Origin: Gemmatimonadota bacterium
Lineage (GTDB): Bacteria; Gemmatimonadota; Gemmatimonadetes; Palauibacterales; Palauibacteraceae
NCBI GenBank assembly: GCA_039588275.1
Contig: JBDHAC010000039.1
Location: forward strand, 1 to 32,172
Direction: 5' to 3'
DNA: 32,172 nt
The translations under genes and the position numbers were made by a program. This document shows positions 17,253 through 26,011 of this stretch, piece after piece. The notes under the pieces are model-generated. The model ran no database searches and had not been told where the DNA came from. It was given only the letters and a program-made list of their open reading frames with translations. Position 1 is the stretch's first letter; every line of letters begins with the position of its first letter.

Positions 17253-19378
17253 TGGCGGAGCTCGAACCGATCCCCTTCCCGCACCTCGTGCGTCGCATGA
17301 GACGCGAGGTGGAGACGAGCGGCTCGATCTTCGACCTCCCGATTCGAAAGTGGTGGGTGCCGGACGGTCACATGGACTTCTCGGCTCTCCATTTCGCGCG
17401 TCGCGCTTCCACGCCCGTGGGGCCGGCTGCGGGCCCGCACACGCAACTGGCGCAGAATATCGCCCTCGCGTGGCTGGCCGGGGGCCGCATCGTGGAGATC
17501 AAGACGGTGCAGGTGAACGACCGGCTCGATATCCCGCGCCCCTGCATCCACGCGCCGAACATCGGTTACAACGTCGAATGGTCGCAGGAGCTCCGCGTCG
17601 AGGAGTCCACGCTCGAGTACGCGAAGGCGGCTTATCTGATCGAGATCCTCAAGGCCACGCGCGCGTTCGGCGCTTATCCGTCCGATGCCGGCTTCGACAC
17701 GGTGTTCGACATCAGCGTCGGGTACGATCTCCAGGGGATCCGCGGCGAGAAGGTCACGGGCTTCATCGAGGCTCTCAAGCACCCGGGCACGATCTTCGAC
17801 GAGCTGCGCGGTCAGCTGACGGGCGATGTGGCCGAATTCCGTGACCTTGCTCTCCCGGACTGCATCTCGGACTGCGTCACGCTCTCCACGTTTCACGGCT
17901 GTCCGGCCGACGAGATCGAATCCATCGCTCGCTACCTGCTCGAGGAGCTCGGACTCCACACGATCATAAAGCTGAACCCGACGCTGCTGGGCTTCGAGCG
18001 TGTGCGGGAGCTCCTCGTGGATCGACTCGGGTACACGCACCTGAAGCTCCGGCGCGAGGCATTCGACGTCGACCTCCAATACGAGGCGGGTCTGGACATC
18101 CTCAGGCGCCTGCGGTCGGTGGCCGAGAGCATCGGTTCGATCGTGGGCGCCAAGTTCACGAATACGCTGGTCGTCGAGAACGACCCCGCCATCTTCGCGA
18201 CGCAGGCGGATCCGTACATGTACGTCTCGGGACCTCCGCTCCACGTCATCTCGATGAACCTGATGCAGCGGTTTCGGGAGGATCTGGGGTTCGAGTTCCC
18301 CGTCTCGTTCTCGGCCGGAATCGACGTCAAGAACGTGGCCGCCGCGGTCGCGTGCGGGATGGTCCCCGTCACGACGTGCACAGACCTGCTGCGCCAGGGA
18401 GGGTTCGGCCGGCTGTCGGGATACCTGCGCGCTCTCGCGCGCGCCATGGAGCGTTGCGGGGTCACGACCCGCGAGGCCTACGTACTGGCGGCGCACGGAC
18501 ACGCGGCTGCCGCCGTGCGAGAGGCGCTGGCCGCGTTTTCCGGAGGCGAGGCCGCCTGCGAGCGGCAGGGGGCGCGACTGGAGACGGTGGCGCTGGAGGC
18601 GCCCGACGAGCTCCCGGGCGCGCTGCGCGACGCCGCGGACGCGGCGGGGCTGGACGGCGATGCGTTGGCCCTCCACGCGACGCGGGTGGCCGGCCGCTTG
18701 AACGGCCGGGACATCGTGCCCCCATTGGCCGATGATCCGCGCTACTCGGCGGACTCGAACGCCAAGACGCCGCGTCGAATCGAGAGCGTCCTCGAGCTGT
18801 ACGACTGCATCAACTGCGATCTGTGCATCTCGGCCTGTCCCAACGACGCCATCTTCGCATACGAAGCCCGGCCCATGGAGACGGACACGGAAATCCTCGA
18901 GCTGCCAGGCGACGGATCGCTGCAGCGGGTGCCAGGTGAGGGGTTCGCGATCCTCGAATCGCACCAGTTGGCCGTGCTGGAGAGCGCCTGCAACGAGTGC
19001 TCGAACTGCGACGTCTACTGCCCGGAGCACGGGGCCCCGTTCCTGATCAAGGAACAACTCTTCCTGGGAGCCGATACCTTCCATGCCTCCGGGGCGGATG
19101 GCTTCTGCCGCGTCGGAGACACGCTGCTCGGACGCGTTCGCGGCCGCGAGCTCCGCCTCGACGTGGAGCCGGGGTCGAACCGCGCGGTCGTGACCACCGA
19201 CGGCGTGGTGCTGCACCTGTCCTGGGAGCCCCTCGAGGTCCTGGGCGCGCGGAGGACCACCGCCGACGGATCCGCGGGGAGGGCGGCGACCGACACAGCA
19301 GTCCTGTGGCGCATGAAGACGGTGTGGGATCGGATCTACGGGGCTTCGGCACCCAATCCGGTCAACACGGACGCGTAG
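17252..19378 (+). CDS. ygfK: YgfK-like oxidoreductase, short form (flavin TIM-barrel plus 2x[4Fe-4S])
   Basis: GPAAGPHTQLAQNI, YNVEWSQEL, TLSTFHGCP.DEIE.I, KLNPTLLG, KFTNT, CINCDLCISACP and CNECSNCDVYCP. TGATG overlap with xdh. Confidence 0.85.
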   Translation: MAELEPIPFPHLVRRMRREVETSGSIFDLPIRKWWVPDGHMDFSALHFARRASTPVGPAAGPHTQLAQNIALAWLAGGRIVEIKTVQVNDRLDIPRPCIHAPNIGYNVEWSQELRVEESTLEYAKAAYLIEILKATRAFGAYPSDAGFDTVFDISVGYDLQGIRGEKVTGFIEALKHPGTIFDELRGQLTGDVAEFRDLALPDCISDCVTLSTFHGCPADEIESIARYLLEELGLHTIIKLNPTLLGFERVRELLVDRLGYTHLKLRREAFDVDLQYEAGLDILRRLRSVAESIGSIVGAKFTNTLVVENDPAIFATQADPYMYVSGPPLHVISMNLMQRFREDLGFEFPVSFSAGIDVKNVAAAVACGMVPVTTCTDLLRQGGFGRLSGYLRALARAMERCGVTTREAYVLAAHGHAAAAVREALAAFSGGEAACERQGARLETVALEAPDELPGALRDAADAAGLDGDALALHATRVAGRLNGRDIVPPLADDPRYSADSNAKTPRRIESVLELYDCINCDLCISACPNDAIFAYEARPMETDTEILELPGDGSLQRVPGEGFAILESHQLAVLESACNECSNCDVYCPEHGAPFLIKEQLFLGADTFHASGADGFCRVGDTLLGRVRGRELRLDVEPGSNRAVVTTDGVVLHLSWEPLEVLGARRTTADGSAGRAATDTAVLWRMKTVWDRIYGASAPNPVNTDA

Positions 19379-19406
19379 CGTCGAGGGGCCCGGCTCGAGA
19401 TCGACG

Positions 19407-20807
19407 ATGCGGAAGAGATTCACGAATCTTCGGTTGCCAGCGGGCGGTGACGAGACCGCCACCGCCGAGGTCCTGGTTCTTGACGGTCGGATCGCCGAGG
19501 TCGGCCCGCCGGGATCCGCGCCGGCGGAGGCGGATGAAGAGGTCATCGATCTGGGAGGCGCGCTCGTTCTTCCCGGCGCGATCGACGGTCACGTTCACTT
19601 CGACGATCCGGGCTTCACGCACCGCGAGAACTTCGAGACCGGGACCCGCGCGGCCGCCGCGGGTGGCGTCACCTGCATCGTCGACATGCCGTGTACATCC
19701 CTTCCTCCTGTCACGTCGCGTGCGAACCTGCGCGAGAAGTTGGCCGTGATCTCGCCAAAGGCTCACGTGGATTTCCTGTTGTGGGGCGGCGTGTCGGACA
19801 ACGCCCTCGAGGAGCCCGACTGGCGGGTCCATCTCGAAGAAATCGTCGAGGAGGGCGTCGGGTCGATCAAGGTCTACATGCTGTCCGGCATGGAGACGTT
19901 CCGTGACCTGTCGAGGAGCCAGCTGGCGGAGGTGTTGGCCGAGACGCGGCGGCTCGGCGTCCCCGTCGGGGTGCACGCCGAGGACCGCGATCTGGTGCGT
20001 GCACTGACCGGGCATCTGCAGGCCGAGGGAATGGATGATCCGCTCGCGTATGCGGCATCGCGCCCGCCCGCGGCGGAGATCAAGGCCGTCGAGACGATGC
20101 GGGATCTGTGCAGGGAGACGGGAGCCAGAACCCACATCGTGCACCTGGCCACCGGCTGGGCCCTCGATATCGTGACGGCCGCGAGAGAGGAAGGTCTCCC
20201 GATGACGGCCGAGACCTGCCCGCATTTCCTGCAGTTCACGGCGCACGACCTCGCCGACCAGGGAGCCCTCCTCAAGACGGCACCGGTCGTCAAGTCGCCC
20301 GCCGACCGGGACCGGCTGTGGACGGGGCTCGCATCCGGCGAGCTGGAGTTCGTGGCCACCGATCATGCCGCCGGGCAGTGGCCCGACGAGAAGCACACGG
20401 GCTCCATCTGGACCGATTACGGTGGTGTCCCCGGGGTCGAGCTCCTCCTCCCCTATCTGTACTCGGAGGGTGTGGGGCGCGGCCGGATCACACTCGAGCG
20501 CCTCACGGAGGTCACCGCCTCCGCACCGGCGAAGTTCTTCGGAGTCGAGAGGCGAAAGGGACGCATCGCGCCGAGCCTCGATGCCGATCTCGTCGTCCTG
20601 GACGAGAGCGAGACGTGGACCGTTCGCGCCAACGAGCTGCACAACCTGAACCGGTATACGCCTCTGGAGGGGTACCGGCTCACGGGCCGCGTTCGGGGCG
20701 TGTTTCTCCGCGGCGAGCAGATCTTCCGACGTGAAGACGGCGGCGAAACGTTCGGAGCCGCGGGCTTCGGAGAGCGAGTGCGTCGGGGAACCGCAGTCGC
20801 GGGCTGA
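19407..20807 (+). CDS. Cyclic amidohydrolase, allantoinase/dihydroorotase-like
   Basis: DGHVHFDDPG.T.RE.FETGTRAAAAGGVT..VDMP, GVHAED, HIVHL, ETCPH and ATDH. Confidence 0.88.
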   Translation: MRKRFTNLRLPAGGDETATAEVLVLDGRIAEVGPPGSAPAEADEEVIDLGGALVLPGAIDGHVHFDDPGFTHRENFETGTRAAAAGGVTCIVDMPCTSLPPVTSRANLREKLAVISPKAHVDFLLWGGVSDNALEEPDWRVHLEEIVEEGVGSIKVYMLSGMETFRDLSRSQLAEVLAETRRLGVPVGVHAEDRDLVRALTGHLQAEGMDDPLAYAASRPPAAEIKAVETMRDLCRETGARTHIVHLATGWALDIVTAAREEGLPMTAETCPHFLQFTAHDLADQGALLKTAPVVKSPADRDRLWTGLASGELEFVATDHAAGQWPDEKHTGSIWTDYGGVPGVELLLPYLYSEGVGRGRITLERLTEVTASAPAKFFGVERRKGRIAPSLDADLVVLDESETWTVRANELHNLNRYTPLEGYRLTGRVRGVFLRGEQIFRREDGGETFGAAGFGERVRRGTAVAG

Positions 20808-20818
20808 GAGGCCGCGCC

Positions 20819-22177
20819 ATGAACCAGACCGTACTCGGGAACGGAGTGGTCGTCACCGGCTGGAGCGAGCCGCGCATCATCGTCGATGGTGCGGTGGGCT
20901 GGCACGATGAGCGGATCGTGTCGATCGGGGACCAGACCGAGGTTCGAGCCGCGCTCCCGGAGGCCCGCTTCCTGGACGCGGGCGGCGGGCTGATCCTACC
21001 CGGGCTCGTGAACCTGCACCACCATTTCTACTCGGCGCTCGCTCGTGGGCTGGACCCCGGGGCGAGCATGAAGAACTTCGGCGAGGTGCTCGATCGACTG
21101 TGGTGGAGGCTCGACCGCGCGCTGGACCCCGCGACCGTAAGCCTCTCGGCCTCCTTGTCGGTGGCGGAGTGCGTCCGTCACGGGTGCACGACCGTGTTCG
21201 ACCACCACGCGTCCCCATCCTTCATCGATGGCAGCCTGGACGCGATCGCCGATGCGGTGGAGGAAGCGGGGATCTCGGCCGCCCTCTGCTACGAGGTCAC
21301 CGACCGGAACGGCCGCGAGGGAGCGGCCGCCGGGATCGAGGAGAACCTCCGGTTCCTGGCAGAGCGCGAGGGCGACGCCCGCATCCGGGGCGTGTTCGGG
21401 GTCCACGCCAGCTTCACAGTCGGCGACGAGACGCTGGCGGCGGTCGCGGAGCGGCGGCCCCCCGGGGCCGGTTGCCACATTCACGTGGCAGAGGACCCGA
21501 TCGATGTCGAGGCGTCGGTGGAGGCGTTCGGCGCCGGGCCGGTGCAGCGCCTGGAACGATCCGGGTTGCTGGATGGGGATGCTCTCCTCGCGCACGCTAT
21601 CCATCTCGAGGACCGCGATTACGAGCGGGCGGCAGCAGCCGGCTCTACCCTGATCCACAACCCCGAGTCCAACGCCAACAACGGCGTCGGGCGACTGGAC
21701 GCCTCCGAGGCGGCCAGATCGGGGTGTCTGGTCGGGCTCGGAACGGATGGCATGTCATCGTCCGTCCTGCGCGCTTTACGCTTCGCGTTTCTCACGCACC
21801 GCGGAGCCATGCGCGACCCGGCGTCGGGTTTCGAGCTCCTCCCCGATCTGCTGACCAACAACGTGCGAGTGGCGCGTCGGTTCTTCTCCGAGCCGCTCCT
21901 GGGCGAGCTTTCAGCCGGCGCCCCGGCGGATGTCATCGCCGTCGATTGCGTGCCGCCGACCCCGATCTCGCCGGAGAACCTGTTCGGACACCTCGCGTAC
22001 GGCGCCAGCGAAGCGATCGTACGACACACCGTGGCGCGCGGCAGGGTGCTCCTGGAAGACTTCACGCACACGACGCTCGATCCTGGACAGCTGGCGGCCC
22101 GGGCGCGAGAAGCGGCGCCGGCCCTGTGGCAGCGGTTTCATTCGCTGGATTGGGGCACGAGCTTTCTCGGGCGCTAG
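20819..22177 (+). CDS. ssnA: SsnA-family amidohydrolase
   Basis: HHHFYSALARG, LWWRLDRAL, DHHASP, CYEVTDR.G, HASFT, HIHVAE, HNPESN.NN.VG and GTDG. Confidence 0.9.
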   Translation: MNQTVLGNGVVVTGWSEPRIIVDGAVGWHDERIVSIGDQTEVRAALPEARFLDAGGGLILPGLVNLHHHFYSALARGLDPGASMKNFGEVLDRLWWRLDRALDPATVSLSASLSVAECVRHGCTTVFDHHASPSFIDGSLDAIADAVEEAGISAALCYEVTDRNGREGAAAGIEENLRFLAEREGDARIRGVFGVHASFTVGDETLAAVAERRPPGAGCHIHVAEDPIDVEASVEAFGAGPVQRLERSGLLDGDALLAHAIHLEDRDYERAAAAGSTLIHNPESNANNGVGRLDASEAARSGCLVGLGTDGMSSSVLRALRFAFLTHRGAMRDPASGFELLPDLLTNNVRVARRFFSEPLLGELSAGAPADVIAVDCVPPTPISPENLFGHLAYGASEAIVRHTVARGRVLLEDFTHTTLDPGQLAARAREAAPALWQRFHSLDWGTSFLGR

Positions 22178-22210
22178 CAGCCTGCCAGCAGCCTGTCACG
22201 GAGGAGGAGA

Positions 22211-23713
22211 ATGAGCCAGCGGCCGACGGACATCGTCGATGAGGAGGCCCGCGGGCGCGCGGTGGAGCGGTGCCGGGAGCGCGGGATCCTCATCCCCACC
22301 TTCGCGCAGATGCGCGATCCCGCCGCGCTCGACGTCGCCATCACGGATGCGCTCGCCGGCGTGGACATGCAGGCCGTGGACCCGCTCAACCTGTTTCGAA
22401 TCACGTGGCGCAACGATACGGGCTCGGGCCGGTTCGGAGAGGTGAACACGTTCGAGGTACCGTCGGAAGTGACCGGCGTGCCGGCGCGCATCGTGGGCCT
22501 GGTCGGAGCGCACTTCCCCACCGGCGCGCACAAGGTGGGGGCCGCGTTCGGGTGCCTCGTGCCGCGCCTCGTCACGGGCGAGTTCGATCCCTCGGTTCAT
22601 CGCGCGGTGTGGCCATCAACCGGCAACTACTGCCGCGGGGGTGCGTTCGACAGCGCGTTGTTGGGGTGTCAGGCGGTGGCGATCCTGCCCGAAGAGATGA
22701 GCCGTGAGCGGTTCGACTGGCTGGGTGAGATCGGTGCCGAGGTCATCGCTACGCCGGGCGGCGAGAGCAACGTGAAGGAGATCTTCGACGTCTGCTGGGA
22801 GATCCGTCGGACGCGGTCGGAGGCGGTGATTCTCAACCAATTCGACGAGTTCGGGAACTACCTGTGGCACTATGGCGTGACCGGCCCGGCCGTCGAGGCG
22901 GCGTTCGGCCGCATCGCCGGCCCCGGGGACCGTTGCGCCGCGTGGGTAGGTGCTACGGGGTCCGCGGGGACCTTGGCGGCGGGCGACTACCTGAAACGCG
23001 TTCGGTCCGAATGCCGCATCACTGCCGCGGAGGCGCTGCAGTGCCCCACCCTACTCCTGGGCGGATTCGGCGAGCACCGCATCGAGGGCATCGGTGACAA
23101 GCACGTTCCCTGGATCCACAACGTGCGCAACACGGATTTGGTGACCGCGATCGATGACGAGGCGACGCTACGCCTCTTGCGGCTGTTCAACGAGCCCGAG
23201 GGGCATCGAACGCTCATCGAGCGCGGCGTGGCCGAGGAGGATGTCCGGCGGCTTCCGCTGCTCGGCATCTCGAGCATCTGCAACCTGTTGGCGGCCATCA
23301 AGACGTCCCGCTACTTCGAGCTCGACGAGGGTGATGTCCTGTTCACCTCGTTCACCGATTCGGTCGACCTGTATCGGACCCGGCTGGAAGAGCTCGCCGA
23401 GGTGCGTGGGCCATATACCGTGCGGGAGGCGGAGATCGACATCGAGCGCTACCTCCTGGGTGCCACCACGGACCACCTGCGCGAGCTGCGCTACACGGAT
23501 CGCAAGGCGCTTCACAACCTGAAGTACTTCACCTGGGTAGAGCAGCAGGGGAAGACCGCGGAGGAACTGAATGCGTTATGGAGCCCGGCGTTCTGGGAGG
23601 ACCTGGCCGGACAGCTGCCCTGGTGGGACGAGGCCATCGCCGCGTTCAACGACGAGACGGGGGCGCTGAACCGGGTGCGGGAGCGGGCCGAAGCGGCGGG
23701 AGCGGCAACCTGA
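22211..23713 (+). CDS. PLP-dependent fold-type II enzyme, extended cysteine-synthase-like (500 aa)
   Basis: PTGAHKVG (PLP Lys), STGNY, NQF, GSAGT, HRIEGIG and GISS. GGAGGAG RBS. Confidence 0.85.
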   Translation: MSQRPTDIVDEEARGRAVERCRERGILIPTFAQMRDPAALDVAITDALAGVDMQAVDPLNLFRITWRNDTGSGRFGEVNTFEVPSEVTGVPARIVGLVGAHFPTGAHKVGAAFGCLVPRLVTGEFDPSVHRAVWPSTGNYCRGGAFDSALLGCQAVAILPEEMSRERFDWLGEIGAEVIATPGGESNVKEIFDVCWEIRRTRSEAVILNQFDEFGNYLWHYGVTGPAVEAAFGRIAGPGDRCAAWVGATGSAGTLAAGDYLKRVRSECRITAAEALQCPTLLLGGFGEHRIEGIGDKHVPWIHNVRNTDLVTAIDDEATLRLLRLFNEPEGHRTLIERGVAEEDVRRLPLLGISSICNLLAAIKTSRYFELDEGDVLFTSFTDSVDLYRTRLEELAEVRGPYTVREAEIDIERYLLGATTDHLRELRYTDRKALHNLKYFTWVEQQGKTAEELNALWSPAFWEDLAGQLPWWDEAIAAFNDETGALNRVRERAEAAGAAT

Positions 23714-23741
23714 GGCCCCGGGCACGAGGGGTGTTCGGAGC

Positions 23742-24959
23742 ATGAGCCGGGAGCGGGGTCGCGCCGCGTTGGACGGCGCTCGCGGGTTCGAGACCGAGAT
23801 CGTGAGCTTCCTGCGCGAGCTGATCGCGATCCCGGCCGAGAGCCGGCGCGAGGGCGAGCGCTGCGAGCGCGTGCGGCGCGAGTACGAAGCTCTCGGGTTC
23901 GACGAGGTATTCTTCGATCGTCTCGGGAACGTCGTCGCCCGGATCGGAAGCGGACCGTTCACGATCCTGATGGACGGCCACATCGACTGCGTCGGCGTCG
24001 GGGACCCCGACGCGTGGGACCACGATCCGTTCGAGGGCAAGTTCGAGGACGGGTTGGTGTGGGGCCGGGGCGCGGTGGACGAGCTGCCGGCGGTCGCTTG
24101 CATGGCGTACGGGGCCCGGTTGCTGCGGGAGCGCGGGCTCCCCGACGAGATCACGCTCTATCTGACGGCCTCGGTCATGGAGGAGGATTGTGACGGGTAC
24201 TGTCTGCTCCATTTGATCGAGAACGAGGGTATTCGACCCGACGCCGTCGTGATCGGGGAGCCGACGGACCTGGATGTATACCGGGGTCACCGCGGCCGGG
24301 TGGAGGCCACGATTTCGACGGCGGGGGTGTCGTCGCACGCCGCGCACCCGGATGCGGGCGAGAACGCGTTGTACAAGCTGGCGCCCATCATCTCGGACAT
24401 CGAGGCCCTGAACGGGGGCCTGGCGTCCGACGACTTCCTCGGGGCGGGGACCGTGGTGGTCTCGTTCATCGAGTGCACGACGGCGTCGTTGAACGCGGTA
24501 CCGGATAGCGGGCGCATCTACATCGACCGCCGGCTCACCGCGGGGGAGACGGTCGAGAGCGCGGTCGCGGAGCTCCGTGCCCTGCCCCATCTGGGCGATG
24601 CGAGCGTCGAGCTCCTGGCGTACGACGAGACGAGCTGGAGAGGGGAGCGGGCACGCCAGGACAAGTACTTTCCCACGTGGGTCCTGCCGGAAGCGCACCC
24701 CCTCGTCGAGGGCGTCGCGGCGGCCGCAGGCGCGGTGCTCGGGTCGCCGCCGGCCATATCACGCTGGTCGTTTTCCACCAACGGGGTCGCGACGATGGGG
24801 CGCCACGGGATCCCGACGGTGGGGTTCGCCCCGGGACGGGAGGAGCTGTCACACACGACGCGCGAGCGGGTCTCCGTGGATGACCTCGTGCGGGCCACCG
24901 CAGTCTATAGCCTGATCCCCGAATACCTGGCCGAGCGCCGGGTGGAGCTGGAGGGATGA
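23742..24959 (+). CDS. ygeY: YgeY-family M20 hydrolase
   Basis: DGHID.V, GRGAVD, VMEEDCDG, GEPT...YRGHRGR.E, DRRLT.GE, WSFSTNGV and GFAPG.E..SH. Confidence 0.88.
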   Translation: MSRERGRAALDGARGFETEIVSFLRELIAIPAESRREGERCERVRREYEALGFDEVFFDRLGNVVARIGSGPFTILMDGHIDCVGVGDPDAWDHDPFEGKFEDGLVWGRGAVDELPAVACMAYGARLLRERGLPDEITLYLTASVMEEDCDGYCLLHLIENEGIRPDAVVIGEPTDLDVYRGHRGRVEATISTAGVSSHAAHPDAGENALYKLAPIISDIEALNGGLASDDFLGAGTVVVSFIECTTASLNAVPDSGRIYIDRRLTAGETVESAVAELRALPHLGDASVELLAYDETSWRGERARQDKYFPTWVLPEAHPLVEGVAAAAGAVLGSPPAISRWSFSTNGVATMGRHGIPTVGFAPGREELSHTTRERVSVDDLVRATAVYSLIPEYLAERRVELEG

Positions 24960-25975
24960 ACGCGGATCTATCGAACATGCAGCCCGTGGGCGAGGGGGCG
25001 AGCCCCGGCCTACGGGGCAGGGACCTCATCACCACACAGGAGTGGAGTCTGGATGAGCTGGAGGCGGTCTTCACGCTGGCTGCGAAGCTCAAACAGGCGA
25101 AGCGGGCGGGGGAACCGACGCCGTTCCTGCTCGGGAAGACGTTGTACATGATCTTCTTCGAGGCCTCTACCCGCACGCGGAACTCGTTCGAGACCGGCAT
25201 GACCCAGCTCGGAGGACACGGGATCGTGCTCTTCCCGGATCACATGCAGATTAGCCACGGAGAGACGGCGCGTGATACGGCGAAAGTCCTTTCGCGTTAC
25301 GGGGACGGGATCGCGATCCGGCATTGCATCTACGGGGAGGGGAACGCGTACCTGCGGGAGGTGGCCGAGAACGCCGACATTCCGGTGATCAGTATGCAGT
25401 GCGACGTGTATCACCCGTGTCAGATCCTGGCCGACTACATGACGATCCGCGAGAAGTTCGGGGACGATACGCGAGGATTGAAGCTCGGCGTCGCATGGAC
25501 CTGCGCTCCCAACTACATGCGGCCGATCTCCGTGCCTCAGAGCCTCATCCTGATGATGTCCCGCTTCGGGATGGATGTGACGCTGGCCTACCCGCCGGAG
25601 TTCCGGTTGCTGCCCGAGATCGAGGAGCAGGCACGCGCGAACGCGGAGGAGGCGGAAGCGAGTTTCGAGATCAGCCACCGCTTCGAGGATGCATTCGAGG
25701 ACGCGGACGTAGTCATCCCCAAGTCCTGGGGCCCCCTGGTCACGACGCCCGACCGGGTGGCCGGATTGCGATTGATCGACCGGTATCCGGAATGGCGGTG
25801 CGACGCAGCCCGCATGGCGCTGGGTAAGGACCACCTCATCTACATGCACCCGCTGCCGGCGGACAGGGGACGTGAGGTTACCGACGAGGTCATCGATGGA
25901 CCCCAGTCCGTCGTGTTCGACGAGGCCGAGAACCGATTGCACGTACAGAAGGCCCTCATGGCCCTCATCATGTGA
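24956..25975 (+). CDS. YgeW/AOTCase-type (knotted) carbamoyltransferase
   Basis: STRT, HPCQ and HPLP; KSW instead of the OTC SMG motif; RPISVPQS resembles YgeW KPLSVPQG; ends DEAENRLH.QKA. ATGA overlap with ygeY. Confidence 0.82.
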   Translation: MNADLSNMQPVGEGASPGLRGRDLITTQEWSLDELEAVFTLAAKLKQAKRAGEPTPFLLGKTLYMIFFEASTRTRNSFETGMTQLGGHGIVLFPDHMQISHGETARDTAKVLSRYGDGIAIRHCIYGEGNAYLREVAENADIPVISMQCDVYHPCQILADYMTIREKFGDDTRGLKLGVAWTCAPNYMRPISVPQSLILMMSRFGMDVTLAYPPEFRLLPEIEEQARANAEEAEASFEISHRFEDAFEDADVVIPKSWGPLVTTPDRVAGLRLIDRYPEWRCDAARMALGKDHLIYMHPLPADRGREVTDEVIDGPQSVVFDEAENRLHVQKALMALIM

Positions 25976-26011
25976 GGAGTGGGTTGCACGCGTGACCACC
26001 TTTGGAATCCC

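Noticed and set aside
17252..19378. Selenate reductase function for the YgfK-like gene
   Set aside because: This is a legacy annotation. The protein has no molybdopterin-binding motifs, and the context indicates heterocycle reduction.
16937..19546. 869-aa minus-strand ORF (similarly 15549-16940, 19362-20642 and 25010-26290)
   Set aside because: These are antisense to well-supported genes and show no recognisable domains.
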